Virus record (IMG/VR): IMGVR_UViG_3300028886_000055
Location: 75,731-139,730 of that record
Strand: one strand, 5' to 3'
From: a virus
Lineage: Duplodnaviria; Caudoviricetes
Length of the DNA: 64,000 bases
Each line of letters begins with the position of its first letter. Within the stretch, counting starts at the first letter, position 1. This document shows, in pieces, positions 43,456-57,507 of this stretch. Below the pieces are notes generated by a model. The model was given only the letters and a program-made list of their open reading frames with translations, was not told the origin of the DNA and made no database searches. A program made the position numbers and the translations under genes.

Positions 43456-43974
43456 ATGAAAAAGATCGAAATCGAAATCCCCGAAGGAAAAGAAGTACAA
43501 TGGGTAGGTGATACTCTTAAATTAGTAGATATTAAGAAACCTATTACTGAACGTATCAAGACATTTGAGGATGCTTTTAATTTATGTTATAATCCTACTT
43601 TAATGCGAGAATATGTTAATAACCAGAATGCTAGTACCGATTTAGTTGCTTATCTAAAACTTCGTATTATTATTGCTGCTCTTAATGAAGGTTGGGAACC
43701 GAAATTCACAGAAGATGAGTATAGATATTATCCTTGGTTCTATTTTTATACCAAAGAACAATATAATAAATTAACCGATGAGGAAAAAGAATGTTGTGTT
43801 CTTCGCTCCGGCTACAACACGTTCTCATACTTCGGCTTCATGCGTTGCGGCGCGTATCTCGATGCTTCGTACTCGTCCGCCAACTTCGGTTCACGACTCG
43901 TATTTAAAACCAAAGAACTTGCTAAATATGCAGGTAAACAATTTATTGATATATACGCAGATTTTTATTTGTAA
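43456..43974 (+). CDS. Phage protein with a C-terminal DGR-variable-region-like segment
   Basis: IKTFEDA...ALNEGWEP...YYPWF...VLRSG...GF...AS.S.ANFGSRL. Confidence 0.8.
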   Translation: MKKIEIEIPEGKEVQWVGDTLKLVDIKKPITERIKTFEDAFNLCYNPTLMREYVNNQNASTDLVAYLKLRIIIAALNEGWEPKFTEDEYRYYPWFYFYTKEQYNKLTDEEKECCVLRSGYNTFSYFGFMRCGAYLDASYSSANFGSRLVFKTKELAKYAGKQFIDIYADFYL

Positions 43975-43979
43975 AAACT

Positions 43980-44366
43980 ATGCAAGACATTATAGAACTG
44001 AATATTCCGAATGTATGTTTCTCATTAACTAATGATCTTAATAAAGATGATAAACGTCAAGAAACATTTAAACAGCAACGCCTTGAACGCGGATTTGATG
44101 ATACCGAAACTTGGAATCTAGATTATACAATTGCTTCGTTTATTCTTCCGAGATTAAAACGATTTAAGCAAGTTGCTAATTGTTATCCAGGTAATATGAC
44201 TCTTGAGGAATGGGAAGACATTCTTGATAAAATGATCGATGCTTTTGAATTTAAAGTTAAAGAAGATGATGAATCTTGGACTTTAGAAGAAGAAAAAGCA
44301 GTAAGTGATCGAGTTCAAGAAGGACTTGATTTATTTGCTAAGTATTACTTCTGTCTTTGGTGGTAA
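43980..44366 (+). CDS. Hypothetical phage protein (RGFDDTETWNLD...GLDLFAKYY..LW)
   Basis: ORF track. Confidence 0.75.
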   Translation: MQDIIELNIPNVCFSLTNDLNKDDKRQETFKQQRLERGFDDTETWNLDYTIASFILPRLKRFKQVANCYPGNMTLEEWEDILDKMIDAFEFKVKEDDESWTLEEEKAVSDRVQEGLDLFAKYYFCLWW

Positions 44367-44375
44367 TACGTTTTT

Positions 44376-44461
44376 AGTAGGGGAATCCAAGCGGCCTTGG
44401 AGCTTGTCCTGAAAACAAGTCGTACGGTAAAACGTATGGGGATCGACACCTCTCCCTACTG
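44376..44461 (+). tRNA. tRNA-Ser(UGA), atypical (C33, T loop ATCGACA)
   Basis: AGTAGGG/CCCTACT-G; CTTGT-CCTGAAA-ACAAG; long variable arm. Confidence 0.75.
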
Positions 44462-44481
44462 CTATTTAAATAATAATAACT

Positions 44482-46493
44482 ATGCCAAAATTAAACATTA
44501 CTGAAGTAGAGAATGATCCAGAAGTTAAGTTAGTTACTGATCCTAATGAATGGGAACATAGATGTGGTAGTTGTGATAATTTCTGTGATCCTTATGAAGG
44601 ATATTCTGAATGGGCAGTATGTAAATGTCCGTTTGAAGGTAAAGTTCTTGCCGATACTGATTATAGAAAGTTTAATTGTAAAAAATATTGGTCATGAATA
44701 TTGGAGATTATGTTAGATTTAAAGATAGTAATCATATCTACAGAGTTAGACGAGACGGTATAGCAGTAAGACCTGTTATTGGTATAAAACGCACTGCTAT
44801 TCTTGACATAGACGAATTTGAACTCGTAGATGAACCACCTTATGTGATCGTTTATGAAGTTGCTGGTAAATTATTTGTAAGTAAGAATGATGCACTTCAA
44901 TATGGTGAACCTATAGAACGTAAAGTATATGGATAAGGTTTATATTGTAATTTGGGAAGCTAATGAAGGAACTTCTTATGTTTGGCATATAGTTGGCTGT
45001 TATAAAAGTCATAACGATGCTAAATTCTGTATGAATACGTGTGCAGAAATATATCTTGAATCAAGTACAGATAATGTCACTATTATAAATTCGGATAATC
45101 AGATTCTAATAAATTTCGATGACAAGAATCATTTCCAAAAAATTCATTTAGAAGAAATAATTTGTTATGGCAGCAATAGATAGAATTTATCTCAAGAAAG
45201 ACGATTATTTGGCATTCAAGGAGTGGTGTAAAAACCAACCACCACTTCATGACAAGTATGGAAAGGAAATACATATCACTGACTATTTGTGGTATATAGA
45301 TGACGATACCTGGAGGGACGGAGACAATACCCGCCCTGTGATGAATGCTCCATGTTATGTTGATGCATACATCATTCGTAACTGCCCAATTAAAGGTGTA
45401 CAAGAAGATCTTATGCTCAATTATGGGCACTGGTCACAGGAACGAATTCGTGATTTTTATGAAAGTGTAAAGAATTATGACCCTGATAAAGATGGTTCAC
45501 CGTACTGGGCTAAACTTGAGGATTTCATCTTCAATGAGGACGGCACAATGACAATTAAAGGTCTTGAAAAATCTTCTTATGAGGAAATTATTGATGGTGA
45601 ATTATATACTTTACCATACCGCACTAATGTAGAGTATGGAACTCATTTCCGACTAACTAAATCACCAAATGGAAGAAAAACCATTCCATTTGAACGTCCA
45701 TTAAGAGGAAATTGGTGGGTACATGTAGAAAATGCAAATAATAAATATGATTTCATGTGGTATAATAAAGATACTGACACATGGGATTTCGGAGATGAAT
45801 TTGTTATTTCAAAATGGAAATCAGATACTGCATATGTAAAAACAATAACTGCACTAAAAAGAAAAATAAGAAAGTGGCGACTTCCCATTGGAACTAAAGT
45901 AATTGCTACTGGAAGATATGTTAGTGAGGAATATGAATTTGTAGTAACAAAATAATGTCAAGAACATATAATAAAAACGTAAGAGTTGGTATTGCTGGAG
46001 GTTCTAATACTGAGTATTATCGAAGCAGGAATCGTCAATCTAGAAGAAAGAATAAGAAACATTTAAAGTATATTAGTTCTCAGTATGACGATAATGAAAT
46101 TCAAGAAAATCTTGAGTTTGAAAAATTACCTAAAGATCATTGGGATGAACCTACTGATGGAATAGTTACATATAGAAAGAAGCAATTGGATTTATTGCTT
46201 GAAATTGAAAACGACAACTATTTCAAAAAATGGTATAGAAAGCTATTAAGAAGATTTAAGAAATAATAAATATGATAAGAAGACGTGCTACAGTCGACGA
46301 CCTTCAAAAAGAATATTGGCTAAGACAACGTAAATATATTATTTGGAGAACTAAAGATGGGAAAGACATTCCTATTGATAAGTTAACTGATGAACATCTA
46401 GAAAATATTCTTAAAATGTTAAATAAATCTTCATTTGAACAAACTTACATTCCAGAAGATTTAATTGGAGATTACGAAGATGCGATGGGATAA
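44482..46493 (+). CDS. Run of hypothetical genes (44482..44697, 44694..44936, 44929..45183, 45167..45955, 45955..46266, 46272..46493)
   Basis: Tightly packed or overlapping standard-code ORFs. Confidence 0.7.
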
Positions 46494-46515
46494 CAATTGT
46501 TTTCATAATTAACGT

Positions 46516-46552
46516 TAGAGGATTGGACTATTGGTTCAATCCTCTATTTTTT
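46516..46552 (+). terminator. Intrinsic terminator
   Basis: TAGAGGATTGGAC tattg GTTCAATCCTCTA TTTTTT. Confidence 0.8.
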
Positions 46553-46699
46553 ATTAGTATACTATGAAAGTAATTAAACGAAAAGCAAAAGGCAAACTTA
46601 AAGAATTTATTGATAATCTTGATGTAAATTCAGAAAGTTATATAAAAACTAGAGATGAAATGTTAGCAATTGCTAAAGAAGAAGATTTAAAAATTAGCA

Positions 46700-49600
46700 A
46701 TGATGATCCAAACGAAGAATAAATACGATGCTTTTATGAAAGCAAAACGAGTTATTGAGAGTTGTAAGACTTACGCTCAATTAGTAAATGCAAGAAAATA
46801 CTATCGTCTATTTGAGGATATGTATCAGGATACGTTTTTAAGTTCTGAATTAAATACTATTTTCTTTAACAAGGTAGATCTCGTTGACTGAAAATTATTG
46901 TTTAATTGTATTTGGAATCAAATATAGTATTTAAATTTTTACCAAAGAATATGAATAAGATTATCTTACTAGTGCTTACTGCCTTGATTATGGTAGGATG
47001 CGATAACAAAACCGACGCTAAGAAAATAGAAGAAGCAAACCGTTTAAATGGGTTCAATATTGTTGTTATAGACAGTTGTGAGTATCTTATAAAGACAAGG
47101 GCGATGGGGTATCAAGGATTTGGCTATTTTGCTCACAAAGGCAACTGCCGATTCTGTGCAGAGCGCAGAAAACAAGAGTTGGAATCATTGATTGAACAAA
47201 TAAAAGGAAAAAGGTATGAAAGCAAGGATAAAGAAAACAGGTGAAATTGTTAATCTAGCGTCATACGCAACGATTACGCTTGAACAACATGACTCTTGGG
47301 GCAATCCAATAGATGTTAAGCCAGAGGAGATTGAACTTATTCAAGAACTCACCGAAGATGAACATTGGCAAGATGTCAGAGAGCGTGCTGTTATTGCGGC
47401 TATGCAAGGAGTTATGAACTTCTTTGGGTCTATTGACTATAACAAGGAGACAATAGCAAAGCTTGCTATCGAGCAGGCTGATGCGTTAATAAAAGAACTA
47501 AGAAAGGAGAAATAACTATGGAAATACATGGGATGTTAGCATACGCGATTTGTGCACTTATTATGTTTTCGTGTATATACACATCACTTGCTTTAATAAC
47601 AAGTGCAATAGAACATTTAAGAGAGTTTTGGACTAAACTTAAAAAAAAGAAATAACTATGGCAACAATAAAATCATACACTAACATAGAGCAAAGCAAGA
47701 AGTTGGCGGAGATATTGCCGGTAATAAAATTTACGTAGCTGTTGAATAAAACTTTTTGTGATTATGGATAATAGTCAGTTTGATAACTCGGATATTAAAC
47801 CTAAAAAGACCGAAACAGTTTATACTTGTGACAACTGTCCTCATGCGGGAAATTTAATGTGTTGTCATAATTGTCCTAATTTCTCAAACTTTGTTGATGA
47901 TGAAAGTATTGTCAACAGAACAAAAGCCCAAAGATACGATGAGGTTGTAAAGAAAGTAAAGGACTATTATGAAGGGAAGACAAAAATGTATTCTGATGTT
48001 AAACAAACATTGGATTTACTTTTCCCCGAGTTCAAAGAGAAAGATAGCGAGGACGATAGAGCAAGAAAAGCAATTCTTGCTGGACTTATTGATTGTAGAG
48101 ACGCCCCAGATTTGGGGTGGAGCGATTTTGGCGGCATTAATATTGATGAATGTATTGCTTGGCTCGAAAAGCAATGCGAGCAGAAACCTTACGGACAAAG
48201 AAAAGAATGCGAAGATTGTCAATTTAACTATGCTGGCGAGTACAAAGGTCATTGTCAGATGAAAAAAGATGAGCAAAAGCCTACGGATAATGTTGAACCA
48301 AAGTTTAAGGTCGGTGATTGGGTGGTATATGACCACAGACCTTACCAAGTCGTAGAACTTCCAAAAGAAGGTTATATTAATTTAGGTTTAAGAAGAAATG
48401 GAAAAGTCGAATTTGCACCCTCCCCTTATTGCAGACATTGGACTATCGCTGACGCAAAGGACGGCGATGTGCTTGTCGCTTCTGATGGTTCAATCTTTCT
48501 TTTTGCGGGCGTTGATGATTGTGCTTGTAAGTATTATGTCGCACTCAACTATGTCAAAATCAATATCAATAAAGAAGCAAAAGGTGGATATTGGGAAACA
48601 TCAAGAGCAGTACATCCAGCCACCAAAGAACAGCGCGATACTTTGATAGAAGCAATGACTAATGCTGGATATACCTTTGACTTTGAGAAGAAAGAGTTAA
48701 AGAAGGCTGAATCCAAGACACTTGACCCCGACAAGGTGATTGAGTGGTTAAACGACCAAGCATGTCAGGGTTGGATTGAAGATGTTGAAGTTGATAAATT
48801 CGTAAATAAATTTAAAAGAGATTTCGGGATATGATAACTGAAGATTACTGCTCGTATGAGGTAGCCAAACTCCTTAAAGAAAATGGGTTCTCGATGGGTG
48901 AGCATTTATTTATGTATGTCAACAAAGATGGCAAACTAATGACTGACCATCAAGCATGTCTGACTATGACTAACGAGGAATATGGAACATTTTTTGATGA
49001 CTATATCCCAACTGTCACACAAGCACTTGCAATGAAGTGGTTAAGAGAAGAGCAAGGCATTGTGATTACAATTGATTATAATGAAGACGAAGATTGTGAA
49101 GACAATGAAAAGTATGGATTTACAGTCTATCGTAAAAACAAAAGAGAAATAGATTTAGCAACATTCCCTACTTATGAAGAAGCAGTAGATGCTGCATTAA
49201 AATGGTGTCCAACCGAATTATTTTAAAAAAAATTATGGAAAAAGAAATGAAAATTATTCCACCTGAGGGATATGAAATTGATAAAGAGAATAGTACTTTT
49301 GAATGTATAAAGTTTAAACCAGTTATTAAAAGATGGAGAGATGATTCAAAAGCAAAAATTACAGGTTATTATATGATGGATAACAAATTAGCTCCATTTA
49401 GAGGAGATAATGTAAAATGTAATTTCAATGTTTTTGCTACTAAAGAGTTAGCTAAATCAGCACTAGCAATGGCAAGAATCAGCCAAATTATGGCAAATGA
49501 TGAAAGATTTGGAGGTCCTGTAACTGATAATGAATGGAATAATTCTGATCTTGCAAAATATACTATTTTTAGAGAGGTAAATCATATTGAACGAGGCACT

Positions 49601-52600
49601 AATTTTTCATTATATCGCTTTTTATCGTTTCATGCAGTATATCAACGTGATTTGTTTCTTGAAGAAAATGAAGATTTAATCAAGGATTATTTAATGATGA
49701 ATTGATGGAAGCAAAAGACTTGATGATAGATGACTGGGCCGCTTGTGAAGGCAAGAACGGTAAGGTCAAAGAACTACGTGAACACAAGCTGTCATTGAAA
49801 ACCGAAAACTCGGTGATGATAGTTTACTACAACAATGTTAAACCTATTCCTATCACACCCGAAATCTTGGAGAAGAACTTTACATACGACTCATTCGGGT
49901 TTTTTTATTTCTTTGGTGATACTTACCTTGATATAAAGGAATATACCGATGGTTTATGGCAGGTGAAAGTTGACGAAATAATGAGTAGTTTGCCGGCATG
50001 GAGAATGTTCGTTATTAATGTCCATGAACTTCAGCATGCTCTACGGTTGGCTGGGATTGACAAGGAGATAACTATCTAACTATGGAATTTTCAACAGACA
50101 TTAACGATAAGAAGATAGACCTTTGTTTCTACGAAGATGGTCACAAGGTCAGCGATTTTAGCCTGACAAAGGACGAGACTTTTGCATTACTCAAAAAACT
50201 CATGATTGCAATATGCCGCTACGATGGTTGTGAAGTTATCACTTTCAGAGTATCCAAACTTGAAAAGGAAGATTAAGATATGTTTATTGATGGTGAAAAT
50301 GGCGAAAACTTTATGACAGTGCTAGGATTTTCAGGATATGGTATAGCAAGATTAAAAAGGTAAAACTATGACAAAGGAAGACTTTATTAAAATTAGCGAA
50401 GATACTATTCATTGTGATGAATGTGCATTTTTCGAAGATTGCGAAAATAGATTTACGCAATGTGTTGCAAATTATCAACATGAAGGAAAACCTGTTCATT
50501 TAAAGTCTTGCGAATATTTACAATGGAACACAATGTCTGATGAATCAAAGGCATTTTTCTTGCAGGAGTGCTTACCACATGAATATAAATTATGACAGGA
50601 GAAGAAAGAAGAAAAAGGCTTATTGAGAAGATTGTTAATAAACTCGATTCACGATATGTCACAATAGATATGTTAGAACGAATTTATAATATTGTCAATA
50701 ACGCATGATACAAAATAGACAATAACGATGAAATATAAATTAATATCAGAGACCTTTTATGATGAAGAAGAATATACTGTCTATAAGGTACTTTGTAAAA
50801 AACGTTGGTATCTTCCATGGAAAGGTATTGGACTTGATGGGAGCTTGCATTGTTATGCTGAACTACATGAATGGTATAATTCTAAAGAAGATGCAATTAA
50901 TGCTCTAAAGAAAGCGTTAAAGGAAATTGAAATTCAAGAAAATTATCCAATAATAAAAGAAGAAGAGATTGAACTATGACTCAAAATGAGAAGGAGCTAG
51001 CTGAATGGTTCTTTGATCTCGTTGGTTATTTTAACCATTACGAATTTTTCACAAAAAGATTGTGGAAAAAAGTAAAAGGATTTGAACGAGAAGATGAAGC
51101 AGAAATAAAATGTATGTTTATGCATTATTGGTTTCATCACAAATTTGATTATTATACTTGTCCATGTGGTAGTAGCTGGTTTACTGTAGTTGATAAAGAG
51201 TCTTATGATAATTATATAACAAGATATAAACCTATAATAGGTGCGTTTGAAATATGGATAATAGAGCAAAGATGACAAATCAACTTAAAAAATACCTTGA
51301 ATGGAGATGCCGAATGAATTGGCATACAAAATATAGACATCTTATAGATAAATGGATAGATAATGTATTGCCATATCAATGTGAATATTTTGAAAGAGAA
51401 ATGAACAATTTAATTAATAGAGGAATTTATAATCCATAAAATATGACACAAGAAGATAAACAACTGCTTTTGGTAGACCTTTGCGCAAGGTTACCGTATG
51501 GAGTTATTGGTGTAGTTAAACACTATGATGAAGTGGATGACAGTCCAGCAGATGTTTTAGGTACTCTTCAAGGGTTTGATAATAATTCTAAAGAAATTAA
51601 ATTCGTATATTTGCCAGATTATACCGATGATGTCGGTGCCTATAATTGGTTTAGTTATATACGTTTTAAACCCTACCTCCGTCCTCTTTCATCAATGTCT
51701 GACGAAGAATACGAAGAGTTTGGGGCCACTAGGCTTGAGCATCAGCTCAAATGCCTTGAGATTGACGAGAAGCGAAAGGCGTTCGAGGCAGGAATAAAGT
51801 TTGATGCTGAGGACCTTGAGTACCTATATTCACACCATTACGATATCCGTGGACTTATTCCTAAAGGTCTTGCGTTAAGTACAGAAGAATTTAATCCCTA
51901 TAAAGATTGAAATTATGAAAAAGATATTATTTTATTTAAACACTATCATTATGCTGCCGTTCTTTCTTATAGGAAAATGTTTCTATGGAATGGCGATTGC
52001 CTGCAATTGGATTATGGATAAGATTGATTTTCGTTTAAATCTTATTAATGACTAAAAAATGACAGTCAAAGAATTAAAAGACATTTTATCCAAATTACAA
52101 GATGATATAGAAATAAAAATTGGATATGGTCCTAAATCTTATCCAATAAAATTTGTAATGGCGGATATCGAATGCGTTGTTTTGTGTAATAGAGTTTATA
52201 AAGCAAACCCCGAAATAGAACTACTTAAAACATTAGCGATATATGGAAAACGAGAAATTCATAGAGCCAATGGATAGGTTAGCATACTGGGTATTTACAA
52301 CAAAGTTTCAGGGCAGCAAAGACGATTGCCCGAAAGTTGGCTATCTTGGATACGCCAACGGGATGTGTAATGCCGAATGGTTGGCGGTTAACATGGCCAA
52401 GGAATTGCTAACCGAGAAAGGCAAGAACTGGAAAGATTATCTAGAATATAAGGTTGATTCAAGTGACTAGTCTAGTTATGAAATGATTATCAAGTTGCAC
52501 GAACAAAAAGTTTTGTAATTATGACTAATATAAAAATAGTAAGAAGATTTGCTAAAGGACAATATGAAGAAGGAACTGAACCTGAAGTATATGACATATA

Positions 52601-55600
52601 TTTCGATGTAGGTCTTTTCAGTCCACTTATTAAACGGTGGAAAATTGATAAGGCATCTTTGGATAGAGAAGAGGCTATTAAGTATCTTGAACCTTGGTTG
52701 TTAGATATTGCTAATAATAAGATTTATGTAGCTGTTGAATAAAATTTCGTGATTATGATTAATTTTGAAAGCCTTGGTTATAAAAATATAACAAAAGATA
52801 AACCAATTACTTTTATAGAATGTCTAGGGGAATTTTTTGATAGTACTTATCCTTATAACCAAAGATTTTATAAACAAGAAGGAAATATAACTACAATGTT
52901 AAAAGTAGGAAATATTCATGATATTGTTCTTATTTCTGGTATATGCTATTATTCTAAAGGGTTGGAAAAATTTGAACTGATACTCCCTGAGAAATATATA
53001 GTTGAAAGGTTTGAACAAATTCTTAATTCAGTTAAGCAAATAATTAAAAACAAATTAAATTATGACAACAGAACAAAAAGCAAAAGCCTATGACGAGGCT
53101 ATTAAAAGAGGACTTGATTATATTAGGCACACACCAGCGACAGAAATGGTTACACGCCAAGATATTTTTGAAGCTATTTTTCCTGAATTCAAAGAACCAA
53201 AAGATGAGAAAATAAGGAAAAGTATAATTGAACTTGTCAAACAATCATCAGAAGTTCTTAATAAACAAAATCAAAAAGACATGATTACTTGGCTTGAGAA
53301 CCAAGGTAAGCAGAAGGTGCCGGATTCCTCCCAAACCTGCAAGATGGAAACATTAATGACCCTTGATGAGGCTATTGAACATTGCAAGGAAAAGTCTTGT
53401 AATGACACAATCTGCGGTAAAGAACATAAACAGTTAGCTGAATGGTTGACTGAACTAAAAGGTTATCGTGCTGCTATTACTAAAGAGACGCAAAAGTCTG
53501 TGGATAATGATGAATCGAAGTTTCATGAAGGTGAGTGGATTACTAATGGTGATTATACTTGGAAAATAGTAGTTGTAAATCCTTTGGATTATACACTCCA
53601 ATCACAAGATGGTAATATAGTAGATGACAATATATCTTATGTAGATAAACACTTTCATCTTTGGACTATCCAAGACGCTGAAAACAAGGAGTTGAAGAAG
53701 ATCGAGTCAAAGAAACTCGATACCGATAAGATCATAACGTGGGTGAAAAATACATTTCCTACACCTGATATGCTTATCGATAAATTTAAAAAAGATTTTA
53801 GCTTATGAAACGATTATTTTCTAAATTCAAGTGCGACAAATTAGATTGGCATATACCTGAAGATAAAATCACTTATACAGGTGGGACTAACTTTAAATCA
53901 AAATGTAAGTATTGCGGAAGACCTATTCTTTGGAGCAGCGGAGGATAGTTTTCTTGTAGTAACAAAAGAAAATAATCCTTATGAGGATTAAAGTAGGACA
54001 TGGAACAAATGGTGACATATATGCAGATTTAGAGAAGGTAAAAGCTTGTAATTACTGTGTATATTTTATGGGATATGGATTACATGCTGCTAGTGGTCAC
54101 TGTTCAATATTGGATAAAGATATAGATGGTGGATATATTGGCAATTATACTAAAACAGCTAAAGAATGTAATGTCTTTAACGTTAAACAAGAATTAATAG
54201 AAGAAAATAATCCTTATAAAGATTAATAATATGAAACTTTTTGGATTGGCTTTGCATAGGAATAATTGGCCAGCTTTTTGTGTTGGCAAAAAGGCATGGG
54301 TATGCAAAATAATATGGTCACCCGTATATCGCAAATTTAAATGTTATCATTTCACTTCTGTGTCTGAGAATATATGGTGGCAAAGAGTAAACAGTTACCC
54401 TTTCAGATTCTTTGGTATAATGATATTACCAAATGAAAATGTTTATGACTTAAACAATTAAAGTATATGGAAAATAATTATCTATACATAGAAAACAATG
54501 AATGGAACTATTGTGATGGGGTGTTCAGTGGTATCGCTACTGTAAAACCTGAAAGAGTTTCAAATTTTTGTCTTGAAAAAGCTGAGGATATGCGACATTC
54601 TGATTTAGGTAATTATGATGATTTATCTAAGGATGAACGTGAGAGACTTGCACAACTTTGGGAGACAGCTAAAGACTTACCCGAAGGAAAATATGAATAC
54701 TATTTTAACCTTGAAAATAAGAAAGAAGTGTTTATACAATCAGTTAAAGCACTTGCAACAAGATTGGGTATAAAGTATGATTTAATATTATATGATTATG
54801 AATAACTACGAACAGAAATACAAGAAAGCTTTAGAGGCTGTCAAGTTCTTACAAGAAGTGAATCCTTCTGATGAAGGTATTCAAAATTGGGTAAAAGACA
54901 ATTTTCCAGAACTCAAAGAGTCGGAGGATGAAAGAATAAGAAAAACGCTCATAGCTTTCTTTAGAGATTGGGAAAGAACCAAAAGCCATTGTTGGAATGT
55001 TAACGTAAGTGATATTCTTACCTGGCTTGAAAAAGCAAAAGCGCTTAAAGCTATTAAACCGATTTTCAAGACCGGTGATGAGGTGTATAACAGGTTTGAT
55101 AAATCACTTGGTCACGTTGTCATTGAAAGTGTTGATGATACCACATACTATGGTGATACAACTAACTTTGATATTACGGACCAAGACCAATGGGGAATCG
55201 TTAGAAGTTGCGAGAATTGCCAATGCGGACACTATATTTGCAAGAGCAAGAAATATAATCACCATGCCGTGTCGTGTTATCTTCACGAAGATTGCGGCGG
55301 AGACGAGCCTATTATAATTCCTGATGATGACTTTGTGGAAACTGCAATGACCTGTAAAGAGTTTGAACAGGAAAATTAAAACGAGAAAAATATGACACAG
55401 GAAGAATTATATCAACAATATCTTGATGAAGCTAGTTTATTTGAAAGATATGGCAGTAAAAATGTTATCACGTTTGACGAGTGGAAATGGATTAAATCCA
55501 CAATAGAGAATACTCGCCCGGTATGTGAGTCTGAACTAAATTCATACAAAGAATTATTGGATCACACAACTCAAGACATTGATACATTAGAAAATGACTA

Positions 55601-57419
55601 AAGAAGAATTAAAAAAGATACAATTCCATTTTGCATCGCATCTGTCAATGAGCGACCAATATCAGACAATATATGTGGACGATAGCGGACGGCTTGCCAT
55701 TTGCGATATAACTGAGCGAATTAGCGAATTTGAAACGGGAAAGGTTCGCAGAGAATACCGCATTGATGGCAAGTGGTATAAAACTAAAGCGGCATTTGAA
55801 AAGGCGATGGAAACATTTGAATACAAGAAAGGAGGCAAGCAATGACACGACACAACAACGACATCGCAGCATGCGGTCACGCCACCTGCCACAGCCGACA
55901 CACCTGTCTGCGCTGGATTTATAACATGAAAGAATACGAATTTGTACGATTTAAATCTTTAACTACAGGTGAAGAAAGCCATAAATGGTGGTTTGCAGCA
56001 AAAACTGTAAAGCAAGTTATAGAGCACGCTGAGAAGTTCTTCAAACCAACGATGCAAGAGGGATTTAATAGTGCTGCACACGATGCTGTAGAAGCAATTT
56101 TTAAATATGGTGGGATAATGGCTCATGCCACAAACGAGGTTGCTTCTTCGATAGAAACTATTACAGAGATTAAAGGATTTAAGCGTTCTTCGCCATTAGC
56201 TCTATTTGATACTGCTAATGAATTATTATTAACAGCAATCAATAATAGGCTTAAAGACATTGCTAATGGTAATGTCGTCTATGTTGAAGATGGAGTTCGT
56301 CAATTCGGATACACATTAAAAAATCCGCATTTTGAAATTGTTGAAACATATTATAGTGATAAATTAGAATATCCAGATTTTAAGAAACCAACATTAGATG
56401 ATGTGAGATTCATCCAGTGGGAAGGTGGTAAACACTGGTATGCCAAGGTAAACAAAGAAGATATTACCGATGAATTTGGCAGACAAAAATGGAACTCGAA
56501 AGAGGAAGCAGAAAATGCAGCAAAATGGTATATAGAAAAATACTATTAAACAGATAACTATAATAAAATATTTGATAATGGGAACTAATTATTACATTAA
56601 GCAAAAACCTTTAGTTAATGACGTTAATAGATTAGTATCATTGATTGAAGACACTCTTGATAATCAGGATGTAAACTATCAAGAAATTAAGGACCTAGTA
56701 GACGAACTATATGATGAACGTACACCGTTTAATCTAAATGGTAGAGTAATACATATAGGTAAAAATAGTATAGGTTGGAAATTCTTATGGAATCCTAACA
56801 TTATTGAAATACCTAACTACAATTATACAGATAATGGTAAAAAAATTACTGTTACATCTTCTACTTATGATAAGGTATACGAACTTACAAAAGAATCTAT
56901 TCGGGAATTTATTATGCGTCCAGAAAATATTCTAGTAGATGAATATGGTGACATTCAAGATAAGGAAGAATTTCTAGACTGGGCATTTAATAAAGATGGA
57001 CTTGATTCTGAATCATATGCTGAAAAATATAAGGATGAAAGTAGACATTCCGAATATCCAGAAACTGAAAGACAAAAAATGTGGAAAGATTTAGGATTTA
57101 CTTTTAATAGTATTTATCAGCATGATTTTTATAGTGACGGATTACGTTTTAGTACAAGTGTAGAATTTAGTTAATTATGAATGATTTAAAAGAAAATCTC
57201 GGATATGGCTGTGTTGGAATTACAGTCATTTTATTAATAGCGTTTACTATTAAATTAATCTTTGCTTGTATTACTGGACTGTTAGTTTATTGGTTTTGGA
57301 ATTATGCTTTGGTAAGTTGGTTTCCAACATTATTTACAGTTCAATATTGGCAATGTGTATTGACAATGTTTATTTTATACGTAATATTTTGGCGTATAAA
57401 ACTTAATATCAAAGATTGA
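46700..57419 (+). CDS. Dense array of about 30 small accessory genes, including modular paralogues 47764..48834, 53062..53808 and 54798..55379
   Basis: Co-oriented abutting ORFs in the track; shared FPE(F/L)KE..D..(I/A)RK...WLE, KF..GD/GE.., WTI.DA and DKFKKDF modules. Confidence 0.7.
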
Positions 57420-57451
57420 ACTATTTAAGTTTTTTAATCAGTTTAATTTAC

Positions 57452-57459
57452 TATATTTG
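57452..57459 (+). promoter_or_regulatory. -7 box TATATTTG upstream of lipoprotein 57508
   Basis: TAnnTTTG consensus. Confidence 0.55.
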
Positions 57460-57507
57460 TAACACCAAGCCTTAGATAATTTTTATTATTAACTCAAATT
57501 TATTTTT

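Noticed and set aside
44376-44461. Opal suppressor tRNA
   Set aside because: Anticodon UGA reads UCA (Ser); an opal suppressor needs UCA
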